A stretch of 6,779 bases of DNA from a virus. Both the position numbers and the translations under genes were made by a program. The stretch is from IMG/VR virus record IMGVR_UViG_3300045988_000418, positions 1-6,779 of that record; one strand, given 5' to 3'. Under the pieces are notes generated by a model. It ran no database searches. It was not told the origin of the DNA and saw only the letters and a list, made by a program, of their open reading frames with translations. Below, piece after piece: positions 4,040-6,779 of this stretch. Positions within the stretch are counted from its first letter, which is position 1; every line of letters starts with the position of its first letter.

Positions 4040-5593
4040 ATGGCTTTATTTCCTCGATGCAACAATCCTGTTCCTGTCATTGGTCGACATGGCGTCACTC
4101 TTGTTGGTTGTCACTCGTGCATTCAATGCCGTGTTGCTGCACAGGAACATCTTTGTAAACTTCTTGAGGTTGAAGCGTCTAAACATAAATATATTGAATT
4201 TATTACTAACACTTATGACGATATACACCTTCCCTACATAGATACTTCCTACTTATACCCCTTTGGATATGCTTTGCGCATTCCTAATCGGGTTATTAAA
4301 AAATATAATCGTAGGACTAAAGAATTCTATTATGTAGAGGATAAAATTTCTAAGTCTTTTCAGCTTACCGATTTTGGGACTATTGACACAGCTTCTGTGC
4401 TTCGTGATTATTATTCACGTATAGATAAATATTATAATCGTTTTCCCAATCGTTCTCGTGGAATTCGTAATAATAGTGTCATTCCTATTTTATGGTATGA
4501 TGATATTAAAAAATATATAGGTCGTTTAAGAAAATGGTTTTTAAAAGAATATGGTGAAAAAATACGCTACTACATTATTTGCGAGTATGGTACCCAATCA
4601 TTCCGTCCGCATTATCATATCCTATTATTCCACGATTCGCCTAAAGCGAGAGCGGATTTTAGAGACGTTCGGACTTTGCCAATGTCAACCCCTGACAATC
4701 CCCGAGAAGTTTGTCGTAAACTCGATTTGGCTCAGATATGGGTCTACGGTGATACGACTACAAAGGTTACCGATGGAAATATGCAAGAATACGTTAGTAA
4801 GTATCTTACACAACATTCTGACTTCCCTCGAGTGCTTGACAAGTTTCCACAAAGGGCGTTTCACTCAATTCTATTGGGAGCAAAGGACAAGGCAGAGGTT
4901 AGAGAACTTCTCAAGGTTAGAGATTTCGAAGCATTGTCAACAGATTATGTTGTTAACAAAAAAGGTATTCGAAGACCTGTTTCCATGTCCTCTGCGTATT
5001 ACTCTCAATTGTCCGTCAGATTTACAGGTTCTTCCTTCTATAATGTTGACGCGACTTATTCCTTGTTTCGTTCGGTTTTATTCTGCGCCCGCCGATTCTT
5101 CTGCTCGTCAGGTGAAATCTATAATGATGCATCCGTAAGGGAGTTTATGTTGTGGGTTCTTGACCCCGATACTTCTGCACTATATAAACATATTTATCAG
5201 TACCGTGCTGTTCGTAGGTATGTTGAGGTATTCGCTAAACCTATTTATAATAGTTCCGGTTCTGTAAATCCTTTAAAATCATTGCTTTATGCTTCACATC
5301 ATCACTATTCGCTATCATCCTATTTAGGGTTAGATTTCTATACTTGTCTCAAATTGCGTTTTGATTTTGTTTCTTGGAAAGATTATCAAAATTTGATTCA
5401 GTATTTTAAAAACCTTGAAGATGATAAACTTTTTTCATATGAAAATTATTCGAGTATGTCTTCTTTCACAGGGACTTATGATTTTAACGTTTTAAAAACA
5501 CGCTCTATATTTCAATATCAAGTTCAGGAAGCTAATATGGCTTATACTGAGAACATTAAACATAGGGCTGTTGTAGATTCTTATAAAAATTAA
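4040..5593 (+). CDS. VP4: Rolling-circle replication initiation protein (Microviridae VP4 / gpA-like HUH endonuclease), 517 aa
   Basis: The N-terminus has a Cys cluster (C7, C24-x2-C27-x2-C30). RCR motif 1 is FITNTYD (from 4199). The HUH motif is RPHYHILLF (HYH = 4610-4618). The catalytic motif EYVSKYLTQ has two Tyr residues spaced Y-x3-Y (TAC 4790-4792, TAT 4802-4804), the same arrangement as phiX174 gpA YVAKY. The stop is TAA at 5591-5593. Confidence 0.92.
   Translation: MALFPRCNNPVPVIGRHGVTLVGCHSCIQCRVAAQEHLCKLLEVEASKHKYIEFITNTYDDIHLPYIDTSYLYPFGYALRIPNRVIKKYNRRTKEFYYVEDKISKSFQLTDFGTIDTASVLRDYYSRIDKYYNRFPNRSRGIRNNSVIPILWYDDIKKYIGRLRKWFLKEYGEKIRYYIICEYGTQSFRPHYHILLFHDSPKARADFRDVRTLPMSTPDNPREVCRKLDLAQIWVYGDTTTKVTDGNMQEYVSKYLTQHSDFPRVLDKFPQRAFHSILLGAKDKAEVRELLKVRDFEALSTDYVVNKKGIRRPVSMSSAYYSQLSVRFTGSSFYNVDATYSLFRSVLFCARRFFCSSGEIYNDASVREFMLWVLDPDTSALYKHIYQYRAVRRYVEVFAKPIYNSSGSVNPLKSLLYASHHHYSLSSYLGLDFYTCLKLRFDFVSWKDYQNLIQYFKNLEDDKLFSYENYSSMSSFTGTYDFNVLKTRSIFQYQVQEANMAYTENIKHRAVVDSYKN
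4551..5138 (+). CDS. Possible overlapping gene: a 195-codon ATG-initiated ORF in an alternative frame entirely inside rep. Speculative.
   Basis: An ATG at 4551 opens a stop-free frame to TAA at 5136-5138 in an AT-rich genome where off-frame stops should be frequent. The predicted protein has an ordinary mixed composition, not the Leu/Phe-rich pattern of the other off-frame ORFs. Its span coincides with a segment of rep that loses the genome-wide T-ending/CGT codon bias. I see no homology evidence. Confidence 0.2.
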   Translation: MVKKYATTLFASMVPNHSVRIIISYYSTIRLKRERILETFGLCQCQPLTIPEKFVVNSIWLRYGSTVIRLQRLPMEICKNTLVSILHNILTSLECLTSFHKGRFTQFYWEQRTRQRLENFSRLEISKHCQQIMLLTKKVFEDLFPCPLRITLNCPSDLQVLPSIMLTRLIPCFVRFYSAPADSSARQVKSIMMHP

Positions 5594-5597
5594 TTAT

Positions 5598-6779
5598 ATG
5601 GCTAATAAAGTTTTAGGAATGCATCGCCTTAAGAATAAGGTGAATAGAAATGCTTTCGACCTTTCTCATCGTCACATGTTTACCGCTCAGGTTGGCGAGT
5701 TGTTACCGGTTTTTTCTCAGTGGGTAAATCCTAATGAGACTTTTAAGATTGGTTATAATGGTAAAACACGTACCGCTGCGCTTAATAGTGACGCTTTTAC
5801 TCGTATTCGTGAGAATATTCAGTATTATTTTGTACCATTTCAGAGCCTTTGGCGTTTTTTTGAACAACAGGTGAATAATATGACTGTTGGTGATGCGGGT
5901 CAGAATATTGCTAAGGTTGCCCTTAATTCTTCTACTTCTGCATCTTTGTCTACCGCTATGCCTTATATTTCTTATGTCGACTTAGCTAAGTATTTAAATG
6001 CTTACTTACAGCGTCTTTATGCTGCTCTTAATCAGTATTTCACAGCGGTTGAGTCTGGCAAACAGTCTATAACTGGTTTTTATGATTCATGTATTCATGG
6101 TGCATATCCTGACGTTTTTGTTTGTGATGGATATCGTCTTTGTCGTGCTGCTAAGCTTTTAATGTCTTTAGGCTATGGTAATTTTTCTGCTGTCATACAA
6201 TATGATGGTTTTGCAATGGCAAATCTTTATGTTCGTTCGGGTCATGCTTGGAATCTTGCTGAATTTAAAAAAAGTCAATACGCTTTAGATTTGACTAAGT
6301 TTGAAGCTCTTGGTATTGAAAATAGTCCTAATATGTCTATTTTCCCTCTCTTGGCTTATCACAAGATTTGTAATGACCATTACCGCAACGAGAAGTGGCA
6401 ACCTTTTGAGCCTTGGACTTGTAATATTGATTATATTGCTCCTAATAGTAACATGAATGCGGGCAATTTTATCAGTTTGTCTGAGTTTAGCTCTGAAAGG
6501 ACAACTCTTTTCGATTTGGAAAATTCTAATCTTCCTATCGATTACTTCACTTCGGTTTTACCTCGTGCTCAGTATGGCGATGAGTCTGCCGCAGTTATCA
6601 CTGCGGGGTCAGGAACTTCATCATTTACTTTTAATAATAAAGTCGAACCTACGGAGGGTGCTGTTTTTGATCTGTCTCGCCCAGAAGCTAATGATGGTTT
6701 GGTTAAGGAAAATAACTCTCATGCGATTGCCGTTGGTGATAAGTATGTTTTTGGTATTAAATCATTGGCAACTGGTTCG
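5598..6779 (+). CDS. VP1: Major capsid protein (Microviridae VP1 / F-like), N-terminal 394 codons. The ORF runs off the window end and continues at 1..972.
   Basis: ATG at 5598 lies 4 nt after the VP4 stop. Hand translation gives MANKVLGMHRLKNKVNRNAFDLSHRHMFTAQVGELLPVFSQWVNPNETFKIG...RIRENIQYYFVPFQSLWRFF...FPLLAYHKICNDHYRNEKWQPFEPW... with no stop through 6779. The N.FDLSH..FT...G.L.P, YFVP...W and AY.KI.ND.YR blocks are hallmark conserved segments of Microviridae capsid proteins. The segment 5598-6680 is exactly 361 codons, so it joins in frame to base 1. The ORF is absent from the supplied track only because no stop occurs before the window end. Confidence 0.9.
   Translation, partial: MANKVLGMHRLKNKVNRNAFDLSHRHMFTAQVGELLPVFSQWVNPNETFKIGYNGKTRTAALNSDAFTRIRENIQYYFVPFQSLWRFFEQQVNNMTVGDAGQNIAKVALNSSTSASLSTAMPYISYVDLAKYLNAYLQRLYAALNQYFTAVESGKQSITGFYDSCIHGAYPDVFVCDGYRLCRAAKLLMSLGYGNFSAVIQYDGFAMANLYVRSGHAWNLAEFKKSQYALDLTKFEALGIENSPNMSIFPLLAYHKICNDHYRNEKWQPFEPWTCNIDYIAPNSNMNAGNFISLSEFSSERTTLFDLENSNLPIDYFTSVLPRAQYGDESAAVITAGSGTSSFTFNNKVEPTEGAVFDLSRPEANDGLVKENNSHAIAVGDKYVFGIKSLATGS
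6681..6779. repeat. Terminal redundancy, right copy (identical to 1-99)
   Basis: The evidence is the same as for 1-99. The repeat lies inside the capsid ORF, which reads straight through it in one frame. Confidence 0.95.

Noticed and set aside
6589-6606. Perfect 7-bp hairpin CCGCAGT-TATC-ACTGCGG inside the capsid gene
   Set aside because: A stem of this length with a free choice of loop size is expected by chance a few times in 6.7 kb, and nothing about its context suggests function.
1-6779. Search for tRNA, rRNA, CRISPR repeats, integrase or transposase genes, and toxin-antitoxin or defence-system genes
   Set aside because: There are no cloverleaf-compatible segments and no regularly spaced direct repeats. 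No ORF carries recombinase, nuclease-defence or other recognisable motifs beyond the HUH Rep. The coding capacity is fully accounted for by the phage genes listed.

Overview
This window is a complete, circularly permuted genome of a Microviridae-family ssDNA phage. Bases 1-99 are identical to 6681-6779, so the unit genome is 6680 nt and the window was linearised inside the major capsid gene. All supportable genes are on the + strand. They are Rep/VP4 (4040-5593), major capsid VP1 (5598-6779, continuing at 1-972), a 149-aa acidic protein (991-1440) and the pilot/minor capsid protein VP2 (1440-2906). VP1 is 684 aa when joined and is missing from the supplied ORF track because it has no in-window stop. 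After VP2 come an intrinsic terminator, about 450 nt of ORF-free AT-rich DNA with two conspicuous hairpins, a Bacteroides-type TAnnTTTG promoter box, and three small orphan ORFs (3434-4037). The gene order, the absence of Shine-Dalgarno sequences and the promoter box suggest an Alpavirinae-like phage of a Bacteroidota host; this is inference only. The items most worth follow-up are: (a) the first orphan ORF, a predicted small lipoprotein that could be a lysis or exclusion factor; (b) a 195-codon ORF in another frame inside rep whose span coincides with a visible change in rep codon usage; (c) the unusually long non-coding region, including an alternating purine-pyrimidine palindrome with recombinase-site geometry. 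I found no tRNA, rRNA, CRISPR array, integrase or transposase.
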